From NCBI GenBank assembly GCA_043228905.1, contig JBHGNT010000003.1:2604001-2668000 (forward strand): 64,000 bases of DNA, read 5' to 3'. Below the pieces are notes generated by a model. It had not been told where the DNA came from. It was given only the letters and a program-made list of their open reading frames with translations, and made no database searches. The position numbers and the translations under genes were made by a program. Of the stretch, positions 37,391 through 49,700 are shown piece after piece (the first letter of the stretch is position 1; each line of letters starts with the position of its first letter). The DNA is from Azolla caroliniana. Taxonomy: Eukaryota > Plantae > Polypodiophyta.

Positions 37391-37829
37391 GGTTTAAATG
37401 TATTGCATTCATTATGTTTATATGTATAGAGGATAAATCATACAATACATAACATTATTAGTCTTACGAAAATTTGTATGGTTTATTAAAATGATGTAGA
37501 TGCACTTTTTTTTTTTGACGGCCTTTAGAGTTTTCGTCGACATTGTTGACCGACTTTCATTAATACCATATCTTTTAAATTATATCTTGGATGAATTGAG
37601 AAGTTAAAAGTAATGTATGATCTTCAAAAACAGTTTCTATTTTGGATGGTGTTTGCTCTCTATGACTCTCGGTTTTAAATTATAATATAAAAAGAATGAA
37701 TATCTGTATAGTGAATTATAGATCGTGAGGGAAATACAAAATCTAGCCTTGAGTTGTAGAGAAATATAGTTGATGAAACATAAAAGGAACGTTGTGCTAT
37801 TAATTTTTTGATAGTTTTAGAAGCGGGGC

Positions 37830-38441
37830 TCCAAAAATTCCTATCCCTAGTGACCATTGGACCATTGCATCACAGGCTTTACAAATCTTCTGTTGATTCT
37901 TGTAAGGAAGTGTGTGTGGAGATTCATGCAAAGAGGAAAGACAATAGATGTGAGACAGCTCATGGAACGCCTCTTGCATAATCCCCATTCTTTTCTTGAC
38001 ACCCATTATTCGAACGGCCTCCAACTTATCCTCATTGTCGATACCATCTTCATTTATGAATTCTCCCAGTATGTGTATGCAAATGATTCAAAAAACCCAA
38101 TTATGGAGGAACACAACCACTTCCTAACACTCTGCAAAAATGAAATCATAACGAAACAAGTCTATAGGGACTTGTTCTTGATGGGAAACCAAATCCCCAT
38201 GTCATTTCTAATGTATCTCATTAAAGTGTTTCCAAATGTAGCCAAATTCAAGAAGGAGAACCTCAACACAACATTGGTTTGGGTCTTGGAGGAAGTTAAT
38301 CCATTCTCTACTGCCAGGATTTTTGAGAACTTGGAGAATCTGAAAATGATAGATTTCAAGAAGCGTAGACATCTACTTGATTGCCCATATGTTTGGGCTG
38401 TCAGAGAACGACTACAAAATAATAATGATAATAATCAATAA
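37830..38441 (+). pseudogene. DUF247 copy E, internal fragment
   Basis: LVTIGPLH remnant, CVWRFMQR, VDTIFIYEF, RDLFLMGNQIPMSFL and HLLDCPYVW, then a stop; no N-terminus and no C-terminal half. Confidence 0.8.
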
Positions 38442-39404
38442 ATCAAACCCTAAATCAAACATAAAGAAGCTCAAAAATAGGGGAGGTGGAGCTTTTGTTC
38501 ATTTCATCCGGTTGGGATCTTATCGTACTTTATTTTTGTCGTCTTGTTTCTTATAACTCTTGGAAGATACTAAGTCACAAGAATAAGAATCTTAATATGG
38601 ACTCTCATAAAAACATGGCCAAACAATTTGAAGTACTATCTAACAAAGATCAACAATTTGATATAATATATATATATATATTATGTAACTTAATTTGAAT
38701 GCATTTTTTCCTATTATTATTGTATGCCTACTAGATGATATTTAAGTTGTTAGAGGGACAAGTCTCATCATAGCCATCGTAATGTCCTATTCTAAATGTG
38801 ACCCCTGGGCCCTAAATATCAGATTGACGAGAAACGAGAATATGCTAACACTCATATAGAAAACTCCCACTTTTGATTATGCTTGGATTTCGACAAAACA
38901 TGTTAATACAAAAACTACATATTTATACATAAAAAGTCCCACCTTTGACTGTGTTTGGATCCCACCAAAACACATTGACATCAATATACAAAAACATCCA
39001 CCCATGAGTCTTCATGTGCCTTTATAAGCTCGTCTATCCTGTGAAAGAAGAAAGGCATGTATAAGTCTAGAGTTATAGATGTCAATCAATAAATTACGGA
39101 GATCAATCAAATGAGAATTCCCATTATCTAGTTCATATAGAGTTTTAACTGATTTTATTTTTTTTGCATACTCTACTTATTAATTGTTTGCAAGTCTTCA
39201 ATTCAATGTCTTCCTATCTTTCCAAATTATGGTTTTGTGTCATATGGATTTTATGCTTGTAAATTGTATGATAACTAATAATGTAATCTCAAGTCATGAT
39301 TTTGTGCCATGTTCTAGATTTTTCTACTAGCTTTCGTTCTAGGTTACTCATATAGATTCCTTATGGTGTGAAGTTAACATTGAGCCACTTTCAATTCTCT
39401 ATAA

Positions 39405-40060
39405 TTCTTTTTTTTTCTTTTTTTTTTTCCAAAAAAAAAACTCCTTCCATTAGTTATATAATTTTATAGATGAGAGTATTATATACAAATCCTGTAAGGA
39501 CGTGATAGTTCCATCTTATGTGGATGCCCACTGACTCAAGAAAGGGAGAGGACAACCATTGTTGGATGAAGGCTACTCATTGTCGTTCAACTCCATCGGA
39601 GCCACCCTTGAGGCCATCATGTTGGCTCTTTAGAGTGGCTACAACTTCACTCCATATCTCTTGCATGAACATTATTGGGTGCGTGGTTTGGTTGGAGAAG
39701 ACGTCTACATTGTTGTTTCCATAGAATCCAAAGAGTTATTGGGTTGACCAATTCCAATACAGCTTGAGATTTGCCATTAATATGAGTTTACTGGATATTG
39801 TCGATATCGGAGAAGAAAACCTTTCCAGCTTTTATCAAGTCATCCCCTCCTCTTGATGCTCATACCTGTCAACTAGGCCTGCCAGGATAGGAGCCATTCA
39901 TTTCCCCACTTGATTAAGCCTTGCACCTGGCATAATTGCAATAAGCAACCAAACCCCCGCCATATTCAATGGGTCTTTGGGCAGTCCCATAGAGCGTGTC
40001 GTATTGATTCTATTGCATTTGCACATGCAACACAATTAGGAGAGCTAAGGTTTCTACACA
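39405..40060 (-). mobile_element. L1-type LINE 3' remnant with probable poly(A) tail
   Basis: Minus strand has a C..C...IESIRHALWDCP-type zinc motif; T-rich run at 39408-39428; inverted homologue at ~58820-59230. Confidence 0.6.
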
Positions 40061-40124
40061 GTTCTCTTTAATTCTTATAAAGGGTGAGGTGATTTATTTT
40101 TAATATTCAATATTTTTTTCTATT

Positions 40125-40728
40125 GGAAACCTCTCTCTCCTCTCTCTCTTTCCCCTTGTCTGTTGTCTCCTTCCCTTTCTCTCTAAAGTTTCTAAACGGC
40201 TTAGCAGGCTTGAGCTGGTTCGGCGAGGCTCAAGCCGAGCCGAGCCGAGCTCAAACCGTTAAGGAACGTTTAAGCCTAAACCGAGCGGAGCGAAGCCGCT
40301 AAACCAGTTAAGCCAAACGGTTTAGGCTTGAGTCGAGCCGTTGCCAATCCCTACTTGGTAGTGACGAACCGAACCGAACCAGTTCACAAACCGGTTTAGG
40401 CTAAACCGGTTTGGTAAACGGCTTGAAAACCGGTTTCCAAACCAGCTTGGAAACTGGTTAAGCCGCTTTGGAAACCTCTCTCTCTCTCACCCTCTTTCCC
40501 CTTATCTGTTGTCTCCTTCCCTCTCTCTCTTTCTCTCTCTCTAAAGTTTGTGAACGGCTTAACCGACTTGAGTCGGTTTGGCGAGGCTCAAGACAAGTCG
40601 AGCTCAAACCGTTAAGGAACGTTCAAGCCTAAACCGAGCCGAGCCGAGCTGCTAAGCCGCTTTAAGTCGGCTAAGCCAATCAGCTTAGGCTTAAGCCGAG
40701 CCGTTGCCGATCCCTACTTGGTAGTGAC
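40125..40728. mobile_element. Duplicated terminus of a non-autonomous DNA transposon (hAT-MITE-like)
   Basis: Two related units rich in GAGCC/AAACCG/GGCTT subterminal motifs, each ending GCCGTTGCC.ATCCCTA (reverse complement TAGGGAT.GGCAACGGC) plus the same flank CTTGGTAGTGAC. Confidence 0.5.
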
Positions 40729-41263
40729 ATGTAGCGAGCGTGAACGATTTTTTATATGAATTGGGCCAATAATGTAGTGGTATGTTACTTTCAACTTTCT
40801 ACACATTTGACTTATAAATCTATTAATCACCATTGTTTTTACCTATATTTCCTAATATGAAATTGTGAGTTAGAATAAACATATCATGGAATGATTAATG
40901 AATTAATATGCTTTTATGGATATAGCGTGTAACGATTATATTTTAAGATATTTAAATATGGCGGCATTTTAAAATCATACCTTGAGGATTTCTAAAATTA
41001 TACCTTGAATTATTTATTATTGGCAAAAGTACCATGATACCCCTAGAAGTTCATCTATTTACCAGAAAGCCCATGAAAGTTTCAAATTTACTAAACTACC
41101 CCTATGTAATAAAAGAATACACTTTATAAAGTAATTATACACTCAAATCTACAAGCCCTATTTACCAGAATACCCTTCAAACACAAATTTCTTTAGCTAA
41201 GTTTGTGCCCACCAAGAAGAAGTTTAAGAGAATATCAACAAGGAAATCAACCTTACATGTAAA

Positions 41264-41730
41264 ATGGATCAATCTAAGTATTGTACTAAAGAAGACAAAT
41301 GGAGAGAAAACATGATAATAAGGATCAATAATGCTGTTGATGCTCATACAGATGTGTCCAACGAAAGTTCAAAGATTTCTATTGTTGATCATTGTAAGGC
41401 TACGTGTGTGTTGAAATTCATGGAAGCAGCTCATGAAACGCGACTTTGATGACCCTTCTAATCGTGAAATCCATTATTCAAGCCTTTGAACTTATGGTTA
41501 CTGTTGATACCATTTTCATTTATGAATTGTTGTTGTGTCTATCGATTGAATGTCAATCCGAAACTTAAGAATCCAAATCCCACCTCAAGCAATACAAACA
41601 CTTCTACACATTCTGCAAAACTGTAATCACAACCAACCAATTTTTTAGGGACTCGTTCTTGATGGGCAACCAAATTCCTATCTCATTTCTAATGAAGCTG
41701 GTTGAAGAGTTTCCAATGAAACCCAACATA
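41264..41730 (+). pseudogene. DUF247 copy F, heavily deleted
   Basis: MDQSKYCTKEDKWRENMIIRIN..., DHCKATCV, VDTIFIYE and DSFLMGNQIPISFLMKLVEEFP with deletions; upstream 40765-41010 matches 255-500 upstream of copy A; fused at ~41730 to upstream block 4. Confidence 0.8.
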
Positions 41731-42719
41731 GAAAGCAGCCTCCCCCCAATGTACGTTTTGAGTATAATGTCTTCATTAATTGAATTCTTGCTCTTTTTTA
41801 CTTTGGCTCTTTTCGCTGTTCTTGAGTTTGCGTCTTTTTCAGATCCCCAACATTAGGAAAGGGATACTTGTTGGCTTTCTGAAACATTTAACCTTTAAAA
41901 TATATACAAGTAACGGATGGGACTTGTTCCTTCGTGATGGGCAACAATCATGTCAGAGAAAATGGCAATGACAAAACATATGCAGCATTGAAAAACTAAG
42001 CAACATTACTAAGAATATGACACTTATATTTTTAATGTAGCACCACATCTTGATCATCATCTAATATGAAAGCATAGCATTAGAATGTAAATGGCCAAAA
42101 TAAAGGAATCTATTAATAGGATCAGAACAAAGGAATCTCAGTGGAAACCATGACTTTATAGAAAGAGGCAACAATTTTGAGCCTAGATCCCATCAAAGAT
42201 GCCAATTAGTTACACGCACAACACACTTTTGTGAAGTCCTAACACCACAATGATGACAATAACACCATATCATCATCAAAACATCTCATAGTAGACCCAC
42301 CGGATCATGACAGATTTGTCTCTGTAACATATCCACTAGTTGAATTAGTACCCCTTGGCATTATCCTTGACTAGTATGAGTGTTGGCTTTACGTACACCG
42401 CTCTTTCCCAGTAGCTACATACCTACTCAAAAACTCAGTCAAGATCACAAAAATAAAAGAAGATGAGCTCTCCAGCCCAATCATACGAGAATTGATTGTG
42501 GCATTCTTATGTACCATCCCCTCTCCTGCCTATTGTCTCTCTCTCTCTCTCCCTCTCTCTCTCTCATTTTTGAGTTGTTCAAGGCTTTCAAACATCACCA
42601 AGATGGAATGCATGTTAGCAACTTGGACACGCGGGTGGTAGATTGGGGATAAACACATATGACCATGGAATCAGAGAAATACCAATGAATGATGTGGGAC
42701 AAATGGATAACAATACGCT

Positions 42720-43000
42720 ACGCCATGCATTTGAAGTGGGAGTTTTGAATAGATGCTTATCAAACCATGGTAAAAAACATTGGGAAACGGTCAAGATGAT
42801 ATTGAAGTACCTAAGTGACCCTAAGGATAAGCATCTATGTTTGGGTAACACTAACTATATGGATTTCAAGACTAGATTATGAGATGGGCATAGTCCAACT
42901 TACACCTAGATTGCTTTTAATAGTCAAAGTAACATATCTCGGGCTAAAAAACTAGTCTATCGTGCAAAGACCAAGCACATCGAAGTGCAGTATCATGTCA
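42720..43000 (+). mobile_element. Decayed copia RT/RNase H remnant (module copy)
   Basis: HAFEVGVLNRCLSNHGKKHWETVKMILKYL; AKTKHIEVQYH. Confidence 0.7.
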
Positions 43001-44417
43001 TTCGGAAAAGCATAGTTCGTGGGTTTATTAATCCTAAGAAGGATGTTTCTTGAGCACTAGTCTTCGATTCAACTTCCATCTTCCCAAATAATAGCCTCAA
43101 GGTTATATACAATCGGGATCTCCAACTAATTGTGAGGAGCGTTTAAGCAATAAGTGAGCTTCATTATGTAATTACCAACAATGTGAATGTCACATAATCA
43201 CTATAACTATTACATTGATAATTACACAATAGATCATTGATGCCACTTTGACTTGTATATTATTTCATTTACGAAATTATGCCTTTCGAGAAAACGTTAT
43301 TAAATAGTTCAATCCAAAAATTCATACATATTGCATAATTAATATCCAAGTGATCTGAAGAAAAGAGAGAAATGTCCTTTTTTTTCCCTTAAAAAGATAC
43401 TACATTAGTATTAGAAAACGCCATAAGGCTAAACATACAAGATATACCACAAATCCCCTATGTTTTTCTAAATTCTAACCATTGGCTCAAATAAATGTTT
43501 TGGTGTTGAGTAAAACCACTCCACCTTATCAAAAAGCCGTCTATAAAAATACCTATGTCCAAACACTTAAGCTCCGTTTGGTGCGTATTACCTTTTATAC
43601 TATCCAACAACCCTCTGAGATTATACACAATCTCTATCCAAATCTCTGAGAGAAATGTCCTGTGTAGTCAGGTCAAAAAACTAAAGAGAAATCGAAGGAC
43701 TCCACCGGGTCTAAAATTTCTCAAACTAACACAAAAGATTTAATCAACACGGATGAATTACCTTCTCGATTCATACTAGATAAATTTAAGAGATATAGTA
43801 TTAATGAAAGTACATTCAGAAATTACAAAAGGAACATGTGTACTAATTATTACCATTATTGTGTTATGGTGAGTTCACTATAAAGATTCACCACAGAGAA
43901 AACAAAGGGGATAAGTTGTGGAAGATCTACTCTTCCGAGGATCTCATAAACCAAAGAGCAGAGGAAGGAGGAAGAAGATACATAGAAGCAAAAACATTTG
44001 GTGGCACACACTAAAAACCCTTTTTAAGTTTTCTTCCCTTTTTAACATCGTAGCTATTACATTTTTTACCTTCCACACCATATTTGACAATCTCCCACTA
44101 AAGCCCAGGTTCATCCATTGGAATTGTAATGTTGATCTCTTCTTCTTTTTATACATCTCTATGAGTTCCTACCCTCAGATGATAAGAAAGTTCTAGATTC
44201 TATCTATTTATCTATCTATGGTTAGAAGAGAAAGAAAAACAGAGATAAGAATGAGCTTCTGTGATGTCTGGAGCATATGTGAGGAGCCAAGAATCATGTC
44301 TTTTTTAATAGGAAGTACATGCTCTATTCAATTCTAATTAAATCAATTCTTGTATGCTTCTCAATTTCAGAGGTGAAGTCTAGTTTTAGTGCAGCCCTCT
44401 CTGTGAACTGATCGATG

Positions 44418-46715
44418 TGTTAATTATCCGGTCACTATTTTGTTTTGGTTTTTTTTTTAATAACATTTATTATTATTATTATTAGATAGTAATATGAAAC
44501 AAAACAAAAGTTTTGTTTCTTTAGTAATTATTACCCTTACTTTATTCTTTAAAAGGGTAAATGTAAGTTACATTTTTTAGTGACTAAAGAAAGAAAATAA
44601 TAATAGTAATAATAATAATAAAGAGTAAAACAAAACAAAACGACCGTTTTTGTTTTGAGAGAGACAAAGAGAAGGTGGAAAGGAGATATATATATATGGG
44701 AAGAGATGAGAACAAAGCATGAGAGCGTGAAGGAGAGTGAAGCATTGTGAAGCATAGAGAAGCTTAGTGAAGCTTGGTGAAGCTTGGTGAAGCTTGGTGG
44801 AGCTTGGTGGAGCTTGGTGGAGCTTGGTGAAGCTTGGTGGAGCTTGGTGAAGCTTGGTGCTCGACTCATCTACTCTTAATCTTCTTTCCATCTCCGCTAC
44901 TCAACGTGAGATCTACACGGCTACTACTTCGACTTGTGGACATTCTTATCCGGGTTTTCTTCTCTCTTCTTTTCTACTATATGCTTGAGAGATAGTCTTA
45001 TCCCTTTGGATTATTGTACCATTTTTGTCGGTAGTATTATGCTACATATCTCTACATATTTCTAGTATATCTAGAAGTAGAACTTGTACTTTGTGTTGTA
45101 TCTCTTTCTTGATAGTGGATTGGTTTTGGACTTTTGTGCCGTGGTTGTTTCCCTCATTGAGGGTTTTTCCACGTTAAATCTTGTGTAATCTTTGTTGTGC
45201 CATTGTGTGTGTTTCTTGTGTTTCTTTTTTCATTATAATCGAGCATAAAACGTGACGCGTGTTACACTCTTACGTGTCTATACCTCTTCAAGTGGAGCTT
45301 GGTGAAGCTTGGTGGAGCTTGGTGAAGCTTGGTGCTCGACTCATCTACTCTTAATCTTCTTTCCATCTCCGCTACTCAACGTGAGATCTACACGGCTACT
45401 ACTTCGACTTGTGGACATTCTTATCCGGGTTTTCTTCTCTCTTCTTTTCTACTATATGCTTGAGAGATAGTCTTATCCCTTTGGATTATTGTACCATTTT
45501 TGTCGGTAGTATTATGCTACATATCTCTACATATTTCTAGTATATCTAGAAGTAGAACTTGTACTTTGTGTTGTATCTCTTTCTTGATAGTGGATTGGTT
45601 TTGGACTTTTGTGCCGTGGTTGTTTCCCTCATTGAGGGTTTTTCCACGTTAAATCTTGTGTAATCTTTGTTGTGCCATTGTGTGTGTTTCTTGTGTTTCT
45701 TTTTTCATTATAATCGAGCATAAAACGTGACGCGTGTTACACTCTTACGTGTCTATACCTCTTCAAGTGGAGCTTGGTGAAGCTTGGTGGAGCTTGGTGA
45801 AGCTTGGTGCTCGACTCATCTACTCTTAATCTTCTTTCCATCTCCGCTACTCAACGTGAGATCTACACGGCTACTACTTCGACTTGTGGACATTCTTATC
45901 CGGGTTTTCTTCTCTCTTCTTTTCTACTATATCCTTGAGAGATAGTCTTATCCCTTTGGATTATTGTACCATTTTTGTCGGTAGTATTATGCTACATATC
46001 TCTACATATTTCTAGTATATCTAGAAGTAGAACTTGTACTTTGTGTTGTATCTCTTTCTTGATAGTGGATTGGTTTTGGACTTTTGTCCCGTGGTTGTTT
46101 CCCTCATTGAGGGTTTTTCCACGTTAAATCTTGTGTAATCTTTGTTGTGCCATTGTGTGTGTTTCTTGTGTTTCTTTTTTCATTATAATCGAGCATAAAA
46201 CGTGACGCGTGTTACACTCTTACGTGTCTATACCTCTTCAAGTGGAGCTTGGTGAAGCTTGGTGGAGCTTGGTGAAGCTTGGTGCTCGACTCATCTACTC
46301 TTAATCTTCTTTCCATCTCCGCTACTCAACGTGAGATCTACACGGCTACTACTTCGACTTGTGGACATTCTTATCCGGGTTTTCTTCTCTCTTCTTTTCT
46401 ACTATATGCTTGAGAGATAGTCTTATCCCTTTGGATTATTGTACCATTTTTGTCGGTAGTATTATGCTACATATCTCTACATATTTCTAGTATATCTAGA
46501 AGTAGAACTTGTACTTTGTGTTGTATCTCTTTCTTGATAGTGGATTGGTTTTGGACTTTTGTCCCGTGGTTGTTTCCCTCATTGAGGGTTTTTCCACGTT
46601 AAATCTTGTGTAATCTTTGTTGTGCCATTGTGTGTGTTTCTTGTGTTTCTTTTTTCATTATAATCGAGCATAAAATGTGACGCGTGTTACACTCTTACGT
46701 GTCTATACCTCATCA
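44418..46715 (+). repeat. Expanded 5' LTR: one full LTR (44418-45290) plus three extra tandem 475-bp R/U5 units ending at 45765, 46240 and 46715
   Basis: GTCTATACCTC(T/A)TCA LTR end recurs with an exact 475-bp period; internal junctions read TCA-AG-TGG-AGCTTGG. Confidence 0.95.
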
Positions 46716-46760
46716 AGTGGTATCAGAGCGGAGGTTGTGTTTTTTTTTGCTCGATTATAA

Positions 46761-49700
46761 ATGGAGGCAAACACATCAACAATGGTTGTTTTAAATGGCA
46801 CGAACTATCAAAAATGGAAAGGAAAAATGAAAGATTTGCTTTTTGTTAAAAATATGCATTTACCTATATTTGCAAAAATTAAACCCGAAAAGAAAAATAA
46901 TGAGGAGTGGGATTTTGAAAATGAACAAGTATGTGCTTTCATTCGACAATGGGTAGGAGATAATGTCTTGAATCATATTGTGAATGAAACAAATGCAAAG
47001 ACTTTGTGGAATAAATTAGAAACCTTATATGCTTCTAGAACCGGTAACAATAAGTTGTTTTTACTTAAACAAGCAATGCATTTGACTTATAAAGAAAATA
47101 AGTCGGTTTTAGATCATTTAAATGAGTTTCAAGGATGTTTTGATCAATTGTCTAGCATGGGTATAAAGTTTGAAGAAGAAGTTCTTTCTTTATGGTTGCT
47201 AAATACTCTTCCCGAGTCATGGGAAACATTTAGGGTTACTCTAGCTAGTGCGGCTCCTAAGGAAGGCATGACAATGGAACTTGTGAAGAGTGGAATTCTA
47301 AATGAAGAAATTCGGCGAAGGACGCAAGGAGCATCATCAAACATGGACGCCTTCGTTGCAGAAAATAGAGGAAGAAGCCAAAAGAGGAGTGATGACCGAA
47401 ATAACAAAGGTAGAAGTAGAAGTAAGTCAAAGTCTAAATATAAAGATTTAGTTTGTCATTTTTGTGGTAAGACAGGTCACATAAAGAAATATTGTTTCAA
47501 ATGGAAGAAGGAAAATAAGGTGTCGAACTACATGAAAGATAAGAAAAATGTGAATGACAATATCGATTCTGTTAATGTTGCTTCCTCTAATGATTTACTT
47601 GTTGTATGTACAAGTTACAATGAAGTTAACATAAGTAGCCATGAAACCACTTGGGTTCTTGATAGTGGTGCCTCCCACCATGTTACGTCCAGAAGGGATT
47701 TTTTCTCATCTTACACTCCAGGTGACTATGGTGTTGTGAAGATGGGGAATGATGGATTTGCAAAGGTAGTCGGCACAAGAACCATTTGCTTGCAAACCAA
47801 CACGGGATTCAAGCTGATTCTACATCAAGTACGACACGTGCCCGATATTAGATTGAATCTAATCTCCACAGGTACATTAGATGACGAGGGTTATAGTCAT
47901 GCGTCTCAAAATGGTAAGTGGAAAATTTGTAAGGGTTCTATGATTATTGCGAAAGCTAATAAATGTTGTCATAATGGTCTATATCTTTTGCAAGCTTCTG
48001 TCTCTACTGACTTTGTCAATGCAGTTGAAAATCAAGATGTTTCAAAATTGTGGCATAAGAGATTGTCCCATATTAGTGAAAAGGGACTTGACTTTCTAGC
48101 AAAAAAGAACGTCCTACCAGGTTTAAAAGATGTGAAGTTAGATACATGTGATCACTGTTTGGCAGGGAAGGCTAAGAGGGTTTCCTTTAAGCATTCTTCT
48201 CTTCGACGAAAAGGTATACTCGATCTAGTGCATTCTGATGTGTGTGGACCCTTGAAGGTAAGGTCAATGGGTGGAGCACTTTATTTCGTTACTTTCATTG
48301 ATGATCATTCTAGGAAGCTTTGGGTTCGAATGTTGAAATCAAAAGATCAAGTTTTTGATGTTTTTAAAGAGTTTCATGTTTTTGTTGAGAGAGAAACAGG
48401 GAAGAAACTGAAGTGTATTCGTAGCGATAATGGTGGTGAATACTGTGGATCTTTCGATGCGTATTGTCGAGAGCAAGGTATCAAACATCAAAGAACCCCT
48501 CCTAAGACTCCCCAATTAAATGGTTTGGCCGAAAGAATGAATAGAACCTTAGTTGAAAGAGTTAGGTGCTTACTCTCAGATGCAAGGTTACCTAAATCAT
48601 TTTGGGGTGAGGCTTTGAATACTATTGCACATATCATTAATTTATCTCCTACTACCGCATTGCAAGGTGATGTACCAAATAGAGTATGGTATGGTAAAGA
48701 TGTCTCTTATGATTATTTACATGTGTTTGGGTGTAAGTGTTTTGTGCATATACCCAAGGATGAAAGATCAAAGTTAGATGCTAAATCTAAACAATGCATT
48801 TTTATTGGATATGGTCAAGATGATTTTGGTTATAGGTGTTACGATCCTGTGGGAAAGAAGCTTATTAGGAGTCGTGACGTAGTGTTCATCGAAGACCAAA
48901 CCATTGAGGACATTGACAAGGCGGAAAGGTCAAATACCCCTTCAGATGGTGACCTAGTAGATATTGAACCAATTCCTATGATGGATGATGATACACAAGA
49001 GAGTGCCTCACAACAAGAAGAGCAACATGAGGATGTTGTTGAGCCGTTGATTATAGATGATGCTAGTAATGATGTTGTTTTGCCAGAGACAGGTCTTGAG
49101 CGGGGGGAGGAACTCCCATTACAAGAGGTGGCAAATCAACCTTTAAGGAGATCTACTAGAGAACGACGACCATCCATGAGGTATCCTAGCTCTGAATATG
49201 TTTTACTCACTAATGACGGTGAACCGGAAAGTTTTCATGATGTGCAAACTCTTAAAGACAAAGATAGTTGGGTAGAGGCCATGCATGAAGAAATTAATTC
49301 TTTGAAAAAGAATAACACATTTGAGCTAGTTGAACTTCCTAAGGGTAGGAAAGCTTTGAAAAATAAATGGGTGTTTAAGTTGAAAAGGGGTGATGATAAC
49401 TTTATAAAATATAAAGCTCGTTTGGTAGTAAAAGGATATGGTCAAAAGAAAGGAATTGACTTTGATGAAATTTTCTCACCAGTTGTGAAATTAAGTTCAA
49501 TACGAATTGTGTTAGGTTTGGTAGCTAGTTTAAACCTTGAACTTGAACAATTAGATGTGAAAACTGCTTTTTTACATGGTGACCTAGATGAGGAAATATA
49601 CATGGAACAACCAGAGGGTTTTAAAGAGAAAGGGAAAGAACATTTGGTATGTAGGTTGAAAAAGAGTCTCTATGGCCTAAAACAAGCACCGCGCCAATGG

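Noticed and set aside
44549-44891. ORFs with TKLHQA repeats (also 50945-51282)
   Set aside because: Antisense read-outs of the 10-bp LTR minisatellite and (TAA)n tract.
44761-46715. CRISPR-like appearance of the periodic repeats
   Set aside because: Units are contiguous near-identical LTR segments with no unique spacers and no cas genes, in plant DNA.
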